Assembly: GCA_016186945.1 (NCBI GenBank)
Contig: JACPKR010000072.1
Coordinates: 15,143 to 79,142 of the forward strand
Direction of reading: 5' to 3'
Length of the DNA stretch: 64,000 bases
Source: Deltaproteobacteria bacterium
GTDB lineage: Bacteria; Bdellovibrionota_B; Oligoflexia; Oligoflexales; Bog-1112
The position numbers and the translations under genes are program-made. Of the stretch, positions 26,332 through 36,370 are shown piece after piece (the first letter of the stretch is position 1; each line of letters begins with the position of its first letter). Under the pieces are notes generated by a model, which saw only the letters and a program-made list of their open reading frames with translations, searched no databases and was not told the origin of the DNA.

Positions 26332-27084
26332 TTAGCCCTCTTCGCTCACCAATGCTGCAGAGGCAAATTCCCTATTAAGCCGCGCGATGTGCTCCACACT
26401 GATTTCCTTTGGGCAAACAGCTTCGCATTCCAGAGTGTTTGTACAGCCGCCAAAACTCTCGTTTTCCATCTGGCGCAGCATGTTAAGCACCCTACGAGCA
26501 CGCTCCGGTTGACCTTGAGGGAGAAGGGAGAGCTGCGAGACTTTGGCAGAAACAAAAAGCATAGCTGATGCGTTCTTGCACGCTGCCACACAAGCTCCAC
26601 AACCGATGCAGGCAGCGGCATCCATCGCCTTGTCGGCGCATTGTTTCGGTACGGGTAAACAATTTGCGTCCTGAGCCCCCCCCGCATTGACCGACACAAA
26701 CCCACCCGCCTGCATGATCCGATCAAAAGCACTCCTGTCCGTTACCAAGTCACGGATGACAGGAAAACCTTTCGCTCGCCAAGGCTCTATGTAAATCTCT
26801 TCCCCATCACGAAACGACCGCATGTGCAATTGACACACCGTCGTCCCTCTCTGAGGACCGTGAGCTGTCCCATTGATTACCAGTGAACAGGCGCCACAGA
26901 TCCCCTCTCGACAATCATGATCGAACGCTATCGGATCCTTTCCCTGTGTGATCAACTCTTCATTAACCACATCAAGCATTTCAAGAAAAGACATCGAAGA
27001 ACTAATATTCTGCGGAGTGTAGGTTTCAAATCTGCCGGTATCATCCTTACTCTTCTGTCGCCAAACTTTTAAGGTAACTCTCAT
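26332..27084 (-). CDS. sdhB: Succinate dehydrogenase/fumarate reductase iron-sulfur subunit
   Basis: [20 protein letters not shown] and [12 protein letters not shown]. Confidence 0.95.
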   Translation of the reverse strand: MRVTLKVWRQKSKDDTGRFETYTPQNISSSMSFLEMLDVVNEELITQGKDPIAFDHDCREGICGACSLVINGTAHGPQRGTTVCQLHMRSFRDGEEIYIEPWRAKGFPVIRDLVTDRSAFDRIMQAGGFVSVNAGGAQDANCLPVPKQCADKAMDAAACIGCGACVAACKNASAMLFVSAKVSQLSLLPQGQPERARRVLNMLRQMENESFGGCTNTLECEAVCPKEISVEHIARLNREFASAALVSEEG

Positions 27085-28991
27085 TTATAGCTCCTCGTGG
27101 CGAGCTGCACGGTTTCAAACTCCAAGGCTTCCTGATGTCGCACTGGCTTTTCATCCCCCTTGTATTCCCACACTGCAACGTGCTTGAAACGCTCATCGTT
27201 GCGACGCGCCTCACCATCATCCGTCTGAAACTCTTCGCGGAAATGACCTCCGCAAGACTCTTCACGCTCCAACGCATCCATACACATCAACTCTGCAAAT
27301 TCGAAGTAATCTTCGACACGCCCCGCTCGCTCTAACTGCTGATTGAACTCCTCATTACCACCTTTCACCAACAAGTTCTTATAAAACTCCTCACGAAGCT
27401 CGGGAATCTTACGCAAAGCCTTCATCAGACCATCCTTGTTACGCGCCATCCCACAGTGCTCCCACATGATGCTTCCCAACTCCCGGTGGAAGGAAGCAGG
27501 TGAGCGCTTGCCTTTTATAGAAAGCAGGCGATACATACGGTCCCGAACCGACTTTTCAAGCTCCGCAAATTCAGCGCTGTCAACCGATACCTGCTCGCGA
27601 GGAGTCGAGGCCAAATAGTTTGCCAGTGTGTACGGTAGAACGAAGTAACCGTCCGCTAAACCTTGCATCAATGCGCTGGCACCCAAGCGATTCGCTCCAT
27701 GATCGGAAAAGTTAGCTTCGCCAATCACAAAAAGACCAGGAATCGTGCTCTGTAAATCATAATCCACCCACAACCCACCCATCGTATAGTGGACCGCAGG
27801 ATAGATTCTCATCGGAACATTGTACGGATTTTCGTCCGTGATCTTCTGATACATGTGAAACAAGTTGCCATAACGCTCGCGAATCTTGTCTTCTCCCAAC
27901 CTAGCTATGGCATCAGAAAAATCAAGGTAAACACCCAACCCCGACTCACCTATACCCCTTCCTTCATCACATACTTGCTTGGCACTTCGTGAGGCAATAT
28001 CCCTAGGAGCGAGATTGCCAAAACTGGGGTACTTGCGCTCCAAATAATAGTCTCGTTCATTTTCGGGAATCTCCACAGGTATACGCTTGTCACCCTTTTT
28101 CTTGGGAACCCAAACGCGCCCATCATTTCGCAAAGACTCCGACATCAAGGTAAGCTTCGACTGATAGTCCCCACTGACAGGAATACAAGTGGGATGAATT
28201 TGCGTAAAACATGGGTTAGCAAACCCAGCACCCCGCCTGTAAGCTCGAAACGTCGCTGTGACGTTGCATCCAATCGCGTTGGTCGAAAGATAGAAGACAT
28301 TCCCATACCCACCTGTCGCCAAAACAACAGCGTCAGCAAGATGGCGTCGAATGACACCCGTTTTTAAGTTACGAGTGATGATGCCCTTTGCTCGACCATT
28401 CACAACAACCACGTCGAGCATTTCCGTGCGTTCATGCATGTTGACCATGCCTAGCCCGATTTGCCGACTCAGGGATGAATATGCCCCCAACAATAACTGC
28501 TGTCCCGTCTGCCCCCGTGCATAGAAGGTCCGCGAAACCTGTGCGCCACCAAATGAGCGATTGGCAAGAAGCCCCCCATACTCTCGAGCAAAGGGGACTC
28601 CCTGAGCAACCGCCTGGTCAATAATCTGTGCCGAAACCTGTGCAAGACGATATACATTCGCCTCTCGCGAACGGAAATCTCCACCTTTCACCGTATCGTA
28701 AAAAAGACGGTAAATGCTGTCTCCATCCCCCTGATAATTCTTTGCAGCGTTTATCCCCCCCTGAGCCGCAATACTGTGCGCCCTTCTGGAACTGTCCTGA
28801 AAACAAAACGCATCGACAAAATACCCAAGCTCGGCGAGCGTTGCCGCTGCTGACGCCCCCGCTAAACCCGTACCTACAACAATGATGCGATACTTGCGTT
28901 TGTTGGCAGGTGCCACTAGCTTCATCTCAAATTTTCGCCGATCCCACTTTTCCGCTAACGGCCCCGAAGGAATCTTTGCATCAAGTTTCAT
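27081..28991 (-). CDS. sdhA: Succinate dehydrogenase/fumarate reductase flavoprotein subunit
   Basis: [25 protein letters not shown] and [11 protein letters not shown]. Confidence 0.96.
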   Translation of the reverse strand: MKLDAKIPSGPLAEKWDRRKFEMKLVAPANKRKYRIIVVGTGLAGASAAATLAELGYFVDAFCFQDSSRRAHSIAAQGGINAAKNYQGDGDSIYRLFYDTVKGGDFRSREANVYRLAQVSAQIIDQAVAQGVPFAREYGGLLANRSFGGAQVSRTFYARGQTGQQLLLGAYSSLSRQIGLGMVNMHERTEMLDVVVVNGRAKGIITRNLKTGVIRRHLADAVVLATGGYGNVFYLSTNAIGCNVTATFRAYRRGAGFANPCFTQIHPTCIPVSGDYQSKLTLMSESLRNDGRVWVPKKKGDKRIPVEIPENERDYYLERKYPSFGNLAPRDIASRSAKQVCDEGRGIGESGLGVYLDFSDAIARLGEDKIRERYGNLFHMYQKITDENPYNVPMRIYPAVHYTMGGLWVDYDLQSTIPGLFVIGEANFSDHGANRLGASALMQGLADGYFVLPYTLANYLASTPREQVSVDSAEFAELEKSVRDRMYRLLSIKGKRSPASFHRELGSIMWEHCGMARNKDGLMKALRKIPELREEFYKNLLVKGGNEEFNQQLERAGRVEDYFEFAELMCMDALEREESCGGHFREEFQTDDGEARRNDERFKHVAVWEYKGDEKPVRHQEALEFETVQLATRSYK

Positions 28992-28998
28992 AACAGTC

Positions 28999-29670
28999 CT
29001 AGCTTACAAATCCAAAATATATAGAAATAGGTAAGGAGATAAACCCAAGCGCCAATATTATGCTCAACAAAATGCTCAAGCTTTTTACGACACCGTTGTA
29101 CTTTGAATGGTTAACACCCAAAGTTTGAAAAAAACTCACCAGCCCATGATTCAAATGCATCATAAGCAACACAATCGAGAGAACATAAAAAGAACTCACC
29201 ACGGAAGACTGAAAACTAAGTACCATCATCGCATGAACATCGAAATCCCCTAGCCCCGCAAACTCCTCTTTATGCGTCCACCTGAATGTAAAATGAGCTA
29301 AGTGGTAAAGTGTAAAAGAAAGTACTACCGCACCACTTAGTAACATCGTTTGGGACGGAAGAGTCGCCTTAACCCTCTTGGTAACCGCATACGCATGAGG
29401 TCTTGCTCGCTTGTTAAGAACGGAAAGCTTGACACCGGAATATATGTGAACAAAAACTGCAATGATAAGGAATATCCTTGTCGTCCATAACACTACCGGA
29501 AACTTTTTTAAGACTTCCGCATACTGGTTGATCGCGTCCGGCCCTGCATAGAGGAGCATGTTTCCCGACAAGTGCCCCACCAGAAACCCAACGAGAATAA
29601 ACCCCGACACCGCCATAAGAAACTTCAAGCCAACCGTCATTGTAAATATGCGACCGAGTCCGTTCATCAA
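28999..29670 (-). CDS. sdhC: Succinate dehydrogenase cytochrome b558 subunit (single 5-TM anchor)
   Basis: KFLMAVSG, conserved His ligands (GHL, VHI, YHL, HLNHG); lies upstream of sdhAB. Confidence 0.92.
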   Translation of the reverse strand: MMNGLGRIFTMTVGLKFLMAVSGFILVGFLVGHLSGNMLLYAGPDAINQYAEVLKKFPVVLWTTRIFLIIAVFVHIYSGVKLSVLNKRARPHAYAVTKRVKATLPSQTMLLSGAVVLSFTLYHLAHFTFRWTHKEEFAGLGDFDVHAMMVLSFQSSVVSSFYVLSIVLLMMHLNHGLVSFFQTLGVNHSKYNGVVKSLSILLSIILALGFISLPISIYFGFVS

Positions 29671-29750
29671 AAGGTCCTATGTTCCAAGTTACAAAAACAT
29701 TTGCTCATCATAGTACCTGAACCTTTCATGACAACAGAAATTTTGATTGT

Positions 29751-30737
29751 TTACATATTGAGCTGTACAGCAAGGTTGACAGCCTGATGGATAGGCTCTT
29801 CATCCAGATACGGCTTGCTTAAGAGGTAGGAGAGGGAAAAAGATTGATTGACCAAGGCAAGACCACCGGACAACGTGCTTCGTCGTCCTCCAATTTCTAC
29901 GCCATAACCACCAAGCACCCGTAAAAGATCCTGTATGCGAACAGAACAAGAAAGTATCCCTAAGCGTTCAAACCCACTCTTTCCGTCAAACTCAACAAGG
30001 TAGTCGTCTTCGACAATGAGTAATTCTTGCTTAACCCGCTGTCTCTGGCGGTAATCGAGGTGGGCTGTCAGGTTGCCGTTCAGCAAGGTATAAGCCAATC
30101 CACCTCGATACGTCAGCGGTGCTATGTCCCTGACTTTCTTATTGCCTGCATTTTCCACAGAAAGACCGAAGCGGAGAGCCGGATTTAAGAGAGCGGCCAA
30201 ACCGAAACCGAAGGTCACCCCTCGTTTTGCATCCTCCTCGTTTTCAACACGATTGACGACTTGAACACCGAGACCGGCTGCAAAATTGGAAAAAGCCTGC
30301 CCAAAACCTAACGATACCCTGTTTTTAAGTGGGGAGTCATAATAGTGCTGCCGTCTCCTTTCAACAGGGATAGGCTCATTTGTTTTGTATTCATCCACGA
30401 AAGACGTATAGGTAACACCAGCTGCTATGCTTGAAGTCTTGGAATCTACAATCCCTGCCTGATAGAACTCTCTGCCAAACGTAGGCCAATGATAGCCGGC
30501 AGAAAGCTGATACTGCTTTTCAAACACTAACATCGCTGGATTGGACTTAACCGAATTTTGACCGGAAATAGCAGACATCCCCCCCATGCCTGTCCCGAGA
30601 ATGTGCCCCCCATCACTTTCCAGCTCGTCGGGAATACGGCCAGGATATTCCTCACTTTTCGCTAAAAGCTTCGAGGGAAGACAAAAGAGTAAGAAGAACA
30701 GAACTTGAACACGCGTTGGATTCATAAACCCACCCAT
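29751..30737 (-). CDS. Putative outer-membrane beta-barrel protein (FadL/PorV-like)
   Basis: Signal peptide, GMGG…NPA N-terminal motif, alternating beta-strand pattern. Confidence 0.55.
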   Translation of the reverse strand: MGGFMNPTRVQVLFFLLFCLPSKLLAKSEEYPGRIPDELESDGGHILGTGMGGMSAISGQNSVKSNPAMLVFEKQYQLSAGYHWPTFGREFYQAGIVDSKTSSIAAGVTYTSFVDEYKTNEPIPVERRRQHYYDSPLKNRVSLGFGQAFSNFAAGLGVQVVNRVENEEDAKRGVTFGFGLAALLNPALRFGLSVENAGNKKVRDIAPLTYRGGLAYTLLNGNLTAHLDYRQRQRVKQELLIVEDDYLVEFDGKSGFERLGILSCSVRIQDLLRVLGGYGVEIGGRRSTLSGGLALVNQSFSLSYLLSKPYLDEEPIHQAVNLAVQLNM

Positions 30738-30795
30738 GGAGTTAGCAGAAGTTCTTTCCTCGATTATCCCGCAAACCAGCGTTATTTCAAATGTC

Positions 30796-31179
30796 CTATT
30801 TTTCTTTGGCCGGAACTTTCGAAACAGGAGCTTCCTGTTTCGGATGTGTCAGGCGCGTGATGTTCTCCTTGAGGATCTTAACCGTGGTCGATCCTAGGTC
30901 GAGGACGATGAACGCATCCGAAATACTTTTGATCCGCCCGATAATGCCCCCACTCGTCACCACCTCATCCCCCACCTGGAGCGAACCAAGAAGATTCGAA
31001 TGCTCCTTTGATTTTTTCACCTGTGGTCTTATTAGAAGAAAATACATTAAGACAAGAATGATCAGAAAAGGAATCATACTCTCAAACATTGACGGCTGGG
31101 TGTTTGCTCCCGACGTCGCAGCTTCCTGCGCCATGGCAACGGTGGAACCGAAAAAAAATGAAAATAGAAAAGCTCTCAT
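30796..31179 (-). CDS. yajC: Preprotein translocase subunit YajC
   Basis: MYFLLIRPQ…LQVGDEVVTSGGIIGRI. Confidence 0.95.
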   Translation of the reverse strand: MRAFLFSFFFGSTVAMAQEAATSGANTQPSMFESMIPFLIILVLMYFLLIRPQVKKSKEHSNLLGSLQVGDEVVTSGGIIGRIKSISDAFIVLDLGSTTVKILKENITRLTHPKQEAPVSKVPAKEK

Positions 31180-31305
31180 TAAAAACTCCATTAATTTACT
31201 TGAATTCCTGAATAAAAATGAAAAGTTGACTATACAAAGTGAGCTCCCAGCAATCAATTGCAAAACGAGCTGCTTAGCTAGCCAGAACAGCCAGTAAGCA
31301 AGGAG

Positions 31306-32202
31306 TTAAATATCCAAGGTCCCCTTTTCTTGAACAAAGTTCCTTAATTTCTGGATAATTCGTGTTTCGACCTGCCTGACACGCTCACGGGAAATTTTGT
31401 ACTTCTCGCCAATCTCCTGCAGCGTCAACGGATGCTCACTGGTCAGGCGAAGCTCGAAAATCTCCTTTTCTCGCCCTTTCAAAACCTTCTTGAAGTCTTG
31501 CAAATACTGAGAAAAAATCAGCCGCACCTGCCGCTCAGCAAGCATATCGTCAATCGACTGCTCCTCCTTATCGACCAGGAAATCCTCCCGATCGGAAGAC
31601 GACTCCCCAAAACGTAATGGTGCGTTCAAAGAAAGATCCGGACCCATCAACCTCTTCTGCATCTCTAAAACGTCCTTCTCTGGAACCTTTAGTCGCGCCG
31701 CTATCTGCTTCGGGTCAGCCGTGTCATACTCAGCCAGAAGACGATCCGTCTCTTTCTGAAGATTGTAGTACAATTTGCGTTGCGCAGCTGTCGTCGCGAT
31801 TTTCACCTGACTGCGATGATCCATTAGATATTTCAATATGTAGGCACGGATCCACCACGCAGCATAACTGGCTAGCTTTACACCTTTGTAAGGGTTAAAT
31901 TTCTTTACGGCCTGCATCAGACCGTAGTTACCTTCCTGAATGAGGTCGAGTAGATTTGCTTGCGCACGACAAAATTCGTTGGCTATTTTAACAACTAGGC
32001 GCAAGTTCGCTGTAATAAGACGATGGGCTGCTTTAATATCACTTTCTTCGTAATGCTGTTTGGCTAGCTCAAACTCTTCCTCAGGCGTCAGAAGAGGATA
32101 TTTCGCGATCTCCTGAAGGTAGAGTTGTAACGGCGATATTTTAGCAGGGACTCTCGAACCCGCTAGGACAGGAAGTTTACTCACTGGCTTCAATTCCATC
32201 AT
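31306..32202 (-). CDS. rpoH: RNA polymerase sigma factor, RpoH (sigma32) family
   Basis: NLRLVVKIA, DLIQEG, RpoH box VKIATTAAQRKLYYNL, SRERVRQVE. Confidence 0.85.
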   Translation of the reverse strand: MMELKPVSKLPVLAGSRVPAKISPLQLYLQEIAKYPLLTPEEEFELAKQHYEESDIKAAHRLITANLRLVVKIANEFCRAQANLLDLIQEGNYGLMQAVKKFNPYKGVKLASYAAWWIRAYILKYLMDHRSQVKIATTAAQRKLYYNLQKETDRLLAEYDTADPKQIAARLKVPEKDVLEMQKRLMGPDLSLNAPLRFGESSSDREDFLVDKEEQSIDDMLAERQVRLIFSQYLQDFKKVLKGREKEIFELRLTSEHPLTLQEIGEKYKISRERVRQVETRIIQKLRNFVQEKGTLDI

Positions 32203-32238
32203 TGGTTTGCAAGCAGGCTAACATTAAAGGATTCCACC

Positions 32239-33174
32239 ATGGCTGGAATTGGCATAATAACAAATCCACATGCTAAATTAAATAAACGAAATCCAGAGCG
32301 TTCCAAGCTTCTAAGCTATATTGCAGGTTCCCGTGGAAACCTTGAAATCACTAATAATTTGGAAGACTTAAGAAAGGTCGCCAAACGGTTTTCAGAGCAG
32401 AAAATAGACACTCTCGCCATAAATGGCGGAGATGGAACCATCAGCCGTACTATAACCGCCTTTATCCACGAATACGGAAATGAAAAACTGCCCGATATCG
32501 CTGTCTTACGCGGCGGCACTGTGAATGTACTCGCTGATAACCTCAATATAAAAGGTAGCCCTGAACAAATCCTCTACCGCCTCGTCGAAGCTCACTCCCT
32601 GCCTTCATACTTGGGCATAACGGAACTAAGCACTCTCAAAGTAAATAGCCACTATGGATTCATCTACGGCAATGCAACAAGTTATCGTTTCCTGGAAGCC
32701 TTTTATATGAGAAAGACAAACCAACTGGGCGTCCTTCTTCTCCTCGCTAGGGTGATCCTCTCATCCATCTATGGAGGAAACCTTTTCAGAAAAACAATCA
32801 TATCTGAGCCAGTCACCTTAGAATCTGACAACTCTGCACTTATCTCGCTCGTTGCCCCTTTTCTTTTTTGCTCAACCGTCGAATTTCTGCCACTTAAAAT
32901 CAGAATGTTCTCCCAAGCTCAAAAAAACCCTGACAAGTTTCAATGCCTCGCCATCCTTGTTCCACCCCGAAAGGTTCCTCTTCGTCTGCCTGAATTTGCC
33001 CTTAACTTATCCAGTACAAAAAAACATAAGACAGAATTTCTAACGAATAAGCTCGTCATTACAGCAGATTCTCCATCCGCGGCTGCTTATACTCTTGATG
33101 GAGAACTCTTCACCCCTCAAGATAGAAATGTAGAGATTTCTCTAGGCCCGAGGTTAAGATTTATCATCGTCTAG
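32239..33174 (+). CDS. Diacylglycerol/lipid kinase family protein
   Basis: ITNPHA, GGDGT, GGTVN and YTLDGE. Confidence 0.85.
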   Translation: MAGIGIITNPHAKLNKRNPERSKLLSYIAGSRGNLEITNNLEDLRKVAKRFSEQKIDTLAINGGDGTISRTITAFIHEYGNEKLPDIAVLRGGTVNVLADNLNIKGSPEQILYRLVEAHSLPSYLGITELSTLKVNSHYGFIYGNATSYRFLEAFYMRKTNQLGVLLLLARVILSSIYGGNLFRKTIISEPVTLESDNSALISLVAPFLFCSTVEFLPLKIRMFSQAQKNPDKFQCLAILVPPRKVPLRLPEFALNLSSTKKHKTEFLTNKLVITADSPSAAAYTLDGELFTPQDRNVEISLGPRLRFIIV

Positions 33175-33181
33175 GTTTCTT

Positions 33182-34183
33182 ATGAATCAAACACCAGTGC
33201 CCCACGACGTGCTGTGTGGCCTTCTGAAAAGTCAAGATGTTCGCTGTAGCCCCCTATCGGGCGATGGATCGGACCGTACATACTTTCGTGTTAGCTCTTC
33301 CGAGCGGGGGGAAACTTACCTGCTCATGAAACTGACGGGCAAAGACGCTAAAGCACTGCGCAATGGCTCTTACCCCTGGATAGCATTGGGAAAAACTCTT
33401 AAGAACGTAGAAATCTGCGTTCCCCGTGTTCATTCGATCCTTCCGGAATACGGAACGCTCATGATCGACGACCTTGGCAAAACTATGCTGGAAAAACGCA
33501 TCCAATCCATCAAAGGCAATACAAAGAAACTGTACGCACTCTACGATCAAGGGTTTTCAATTATTTCTAAATTCATGAAAATCGCTCCTGAAAACGATGA
33601 TTTTTGGAGTTCCAAAACGTTTGACCACAAATTTCTACAGGACGAGCTTCTGTTTTTTCAAATCCAATACCTGAACTTCTTCCCAACTTTCAATAACAGA
33701 AGAGACGCCCTGCTGTTTCGCCATGAGACGAACTCACTTTGCCACTTTATAGCAAAGCTATCTCGGCATTTCGTCCATCGAGACTTCCATTCACGGAACC
33801 TTATGTGCGTAGGATCAGAGCTAGGGGTGCTCGACTTTCAAGACGCCCGATGGGGACCCGCTGCTTATGATGTCGTGTCACTTTGCTTTGACGCGTATGT
33901 CCCGCTTTCCCCGGAAAAACGCGAGGAAGTTTTAAACCGCGGCCTCGAATTTTTCGCTAAGAACAATAATCCGGAACTTTCCGAAGAAATCTCGCAATCA
34001 TGGCGAGCAGTGCTGCTTCAAAGACAACTGAAAGCAATCGGAAGCTTCGCCTATCTGACGAGGAAAACTAAACGAGATTACGCGCAGTACATAAGCCCCG
34101 CACTGAAGATCCTGAACCAGATAGGCATGGCGGAAGACAAATGGCCCTACCTTGTGAATGACATGGTTCCAAGACTTGTATAG
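33182..34183 (+). CDS. amgK: Aminoglycoside phosphotransferase-family kinase (AmgK-like anomeric MurNAc kinase)
   Basis: GDGSDRTYFR, HRDFHSRNLM, DFQDARWGP, QRQLKAIG; adjacent to a MurU-like gene. Confidence 0.75.
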   Translation: MNQTPVPHDVLCGLLKSQDVRCSPLSGDGSDRTYFRVSSSERGETYLLMKLTGKDAKALRNGSYPWIALGKTLKNVEICVPRVHSILPEYGTLMIDDLGKTMLEKRIQSIKGNTKKLYALYDQGFSIISKFMKIAPENDDFWSSKTFDHKFLQDELLFFQIQYLNFFPTFNNRRDALLFRHETNSLCHFIAKLSRHFVHRDFHSRNLMCVGSELGVLDFQDARWGPAAYDVVSLCFDAYVPLSPEKREEVLNRGLEFFAKNNNPELSEEISQSWRAVLLQRQLKAIGSFAYLTRKTKRDYAQYISPALKILNQIGMAEDKWPYLVNDMVPRLV

Positions 34184-34324
34184 TATTTGGGAAAAAGAAT
34201 TTGTGGAGAGGACCTTTTTTGAAAAAAAGTTCCCCTCCACACCTCCCCCCAAAAAACTTTAGATATTGAAGTTTTTGAAAAGGGGCTTGGGGAAATAACT
34301 TTTTTCAAAAAGTTTGTCCCCAAA
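34179..34324 (+). repeat. Dispersed REPIN/MITE-like repeat, copy 4 (most complete; two inverted hairpin units)
   Basis: Hairpins TGTGGAGAGGAC…GTTCCCCTCCACA and TTGGGGAAATAAC…GTTTGTCCCCAA arranged inversely around AAAAACTT-TAGATATTG-AAGTTTTT. Confidence 0.95.
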
Positions 34325-34370
34325 TTGATTATCTTGAACACTATAGATCTGGCAGAAATAGGGAATTCCT

Positions 34371-35219
34371 TTGCCACAACCACTTAAAGCTATGATTCTT
34401 GCCGCAGGGTTTGGCACAAGGCTGCGCCCCATCACCAACGCTCTTCCCAAGCCACTTGTTCCTATTTCGGGAATCCCCCTCATCTATGTAACCATCAAAC
34501 GTCTCGCTTTAATGCAAGTTGATGAAATTTTTGTGAATGGCCATTATCTTTGGGAAAAACTAAAAGCTGCACTCGAGACAATTCCCTTCCCCCATCCCCC
34601 CATCACCTTCTCACGGGAGACCCCCGAGATTCTGGGGACTGCTGGGGGCATTGGAGCTATCCGGGAATTCTTGAACGGAGAGGACCTTCTCGTTCTTTCG
34701 AGCGACATCATTACCGACTTTGACATTGAAGGTCTCATAGACTGTCACAAAAGATCTAAAGCGTTCGCTACAATGGGTTTACTGAAACCTCGTAGACAAG
34801 GGAAAACACCGGTATGGTGCCTGGAAGACAAGATCATTGGCTTTGGGGAGGATATTGGGTCCCTTGCATGTGGAGAACCAGGAAGTTTTTCTGTAATTCA
34901 AATGCTGAGCAATGAATTTATCAAGGAAATCCCCGAAAGGGAATATTCCGAAATCATCCCCTTCTATAAGCGTTTTCTTTCCGAAGGGAAAACGATCAAG
35001 GCATTTTTCACAGACCCACTCTGGTACGACATCGGAGAACCGGCACAGCTCCAAAAGGCAAACCAACACATTCGACAACTCCTCGAGTCCGGAAAGTTAC
35101 CGCCTCAAATTCCTATTGTGGAAATTTTAAGTGATTTGCCTAAGTGGAAAGCTGAAGAGGTGACTAAACAACCCGCTTATACAACTGATCATGACGATCA
35201 GGAAATTTCTTCTACTTAA
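34371..35219 (+). CDS. murU: Nucleotidyltransferase (MurU-like)
   Basis: AMILAAGFGTRLRPIT…PKPL, ILGTAGG and WYDIG. Confidence 0.75.
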   Translation: MPQPLKAMILAAGFGTRLRPITNALPKPLVPISGIPLIYVTIKRLALMQVDEIFVNGHYLWEKLKAALETIPFPHPPITFSRETPEILGTAGGIGAIREFLNGEDLLVLSSDIITDFDIEGLIDCHKRSKAFATMGLLKPRRQGKTPVWCLEDKIIGFGEDIGSLACGEPGSFSVIQMLSNEFIKEIPEREYSEIIPFYKRFLSEGKTIKAFFTDPLWYDIGEPAQLQKANQHIRQLLESGKLPPQIPIVEILSDLPKWKAEEVTKQPAYTTDHDDQEISST

Positions 35220-35336
35220 ACCCGCTCCAGTTTTTTAAGCGTTAATAACCTCTGTCGGTATTTACACTTTAAAAACTGCGCCATTCATTAGGTTCATTCA
35301 ATCTTGCTTTTCAAATTTACTCGTAACACAAAAACA

Positions 35337-36158
35337 CTAACTAACGCTTTTTCTATTTTTTAAAAGCACAAAATCTAGTGATTTAACCAAAGGTTCTTTC
35401 GTCGAATCTACCAAGACTTTTGAGTAAAGATCGCTAGAAACAACATAGTAAACAAGTGTTCCGGCCACTAATTTGTTGGGGTTACTAATATGATCGTTGT
35501 GTCTCCATAGTAACTTCCAGTTATCAGCGTTACCGTAAAGTCGCTTGGAAACTTCAGCAAGGTTTTCTCCCTCTTTGACTTCCGTCAAATTTCGTTGTAG
35601 GTTTTCATATTTTTTTGCAAACGCCAAACTTTGCTGGTTGAGTTGGTAGTAAACAAGGTCACCTGGGAAAATTCTGTTTGGGTTTTTTATCTGGGAAATC
35701 TCAGCAAGCTCCTTCCAACGGCCTAAATCGTTAAAAATGCGCTTGGCAATCCTGCTTAACGTGTCCCCTTTTTGGACAATATAGACCATCTTCGAGCCTT
35801 CTTCTGGAAGTCCAGGGGCCATTCCTATCCCCGCTTTACCCCCAACAAAAACTTCCGTCACGGGACTTGCGGGCACAGCCTCGGGTACTTGGTCTTCCTC
35901 GGGTGTTCCCAGATCGTTCTGGCCAATCTCCTCAACAACGTCGAGAAGCTGGTCCTGTTCTTGTCCTTCTTCGCCTGGCTGCTCAGTCCCAAGCTCTTCC
36001 CCTTGAAGACCTTCCTCCTCCAAAGGTTCGGAGCCTTCTGTTACTTCGAGGCCAGCCTTTTCCTCAGCAGGCTCGGAGGTGGTACACCCCCAAGTCGCTA
36101 AAATTGTGAATAGCAGCAGGGTAAAAAGCCCTTTACCCCACCAGAGACAGTTCTTCAT
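35337..36158 (-). CDS. LysM-domain lipoprotein (two LysM modules, acidic linker)
   Basis: Lipobox TWGC; YIVQKGDTLSRIA…NPNRIFPG; EVKEGENLAEVS…NPNKLVAG; ATG preceded by GGAGG. Confidence 0.88.
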   Translation of the reverse strand: MKNCLWWGKGLFTLLLFTILATWGCTTSEPAEEKAGLEVTEGSEPLEEEGLQGEELGTEQPGEEGQEQDQLLDVVEEIGQNDLGTPEEDQVPEAVPASPVTEVFVGGKAGIGMAPGLPEEGSKMVYIVQKGDTLSRIAKRIFNDLGRWKELAEISQIKNPNRIFPGDLVYYQLNQQSLAFAKKYENLQRNLTEVKEGENLAEVSKRLYGNADNWKLLWRHNDHISNPNKLVAGTLVYYVVSSDLYSKVLVDSTKEPLVKSLDFVLLKNRKSVS

Positions 36159-36370
36159 AAGCCCTCCCTTGCTCAAATGGATGAGTGATCGACTTGTGAT
36201 AGAGATCTCGGTTCCAAAGACAATCTCCTTTAGGTACAACGATAGCCCCCTGCCCCCGTTCGCCACAACGGGCATCCTTTTCACTAAACTTGCCTAGCCA
36301 ACGTGAGAAGGGACGTCTATAACTTGTCTGAACATGAAATTTCCGCCTAGTCACACGAGAGGAGTCACCC

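Noticed and set aside
32326-32341. parS-like GGTTCCCGTGGAAACC
   Set aside because: Wrong register around the CACG core, inside a CDS and far from oriC
2310-34324. Repeats as a CRISPR array or integron attC sites
   Set aside because: Copies are kilobases apart with no regular spacers, no cas or intI gene, and no RYYYAAC/GTTRRRY ends
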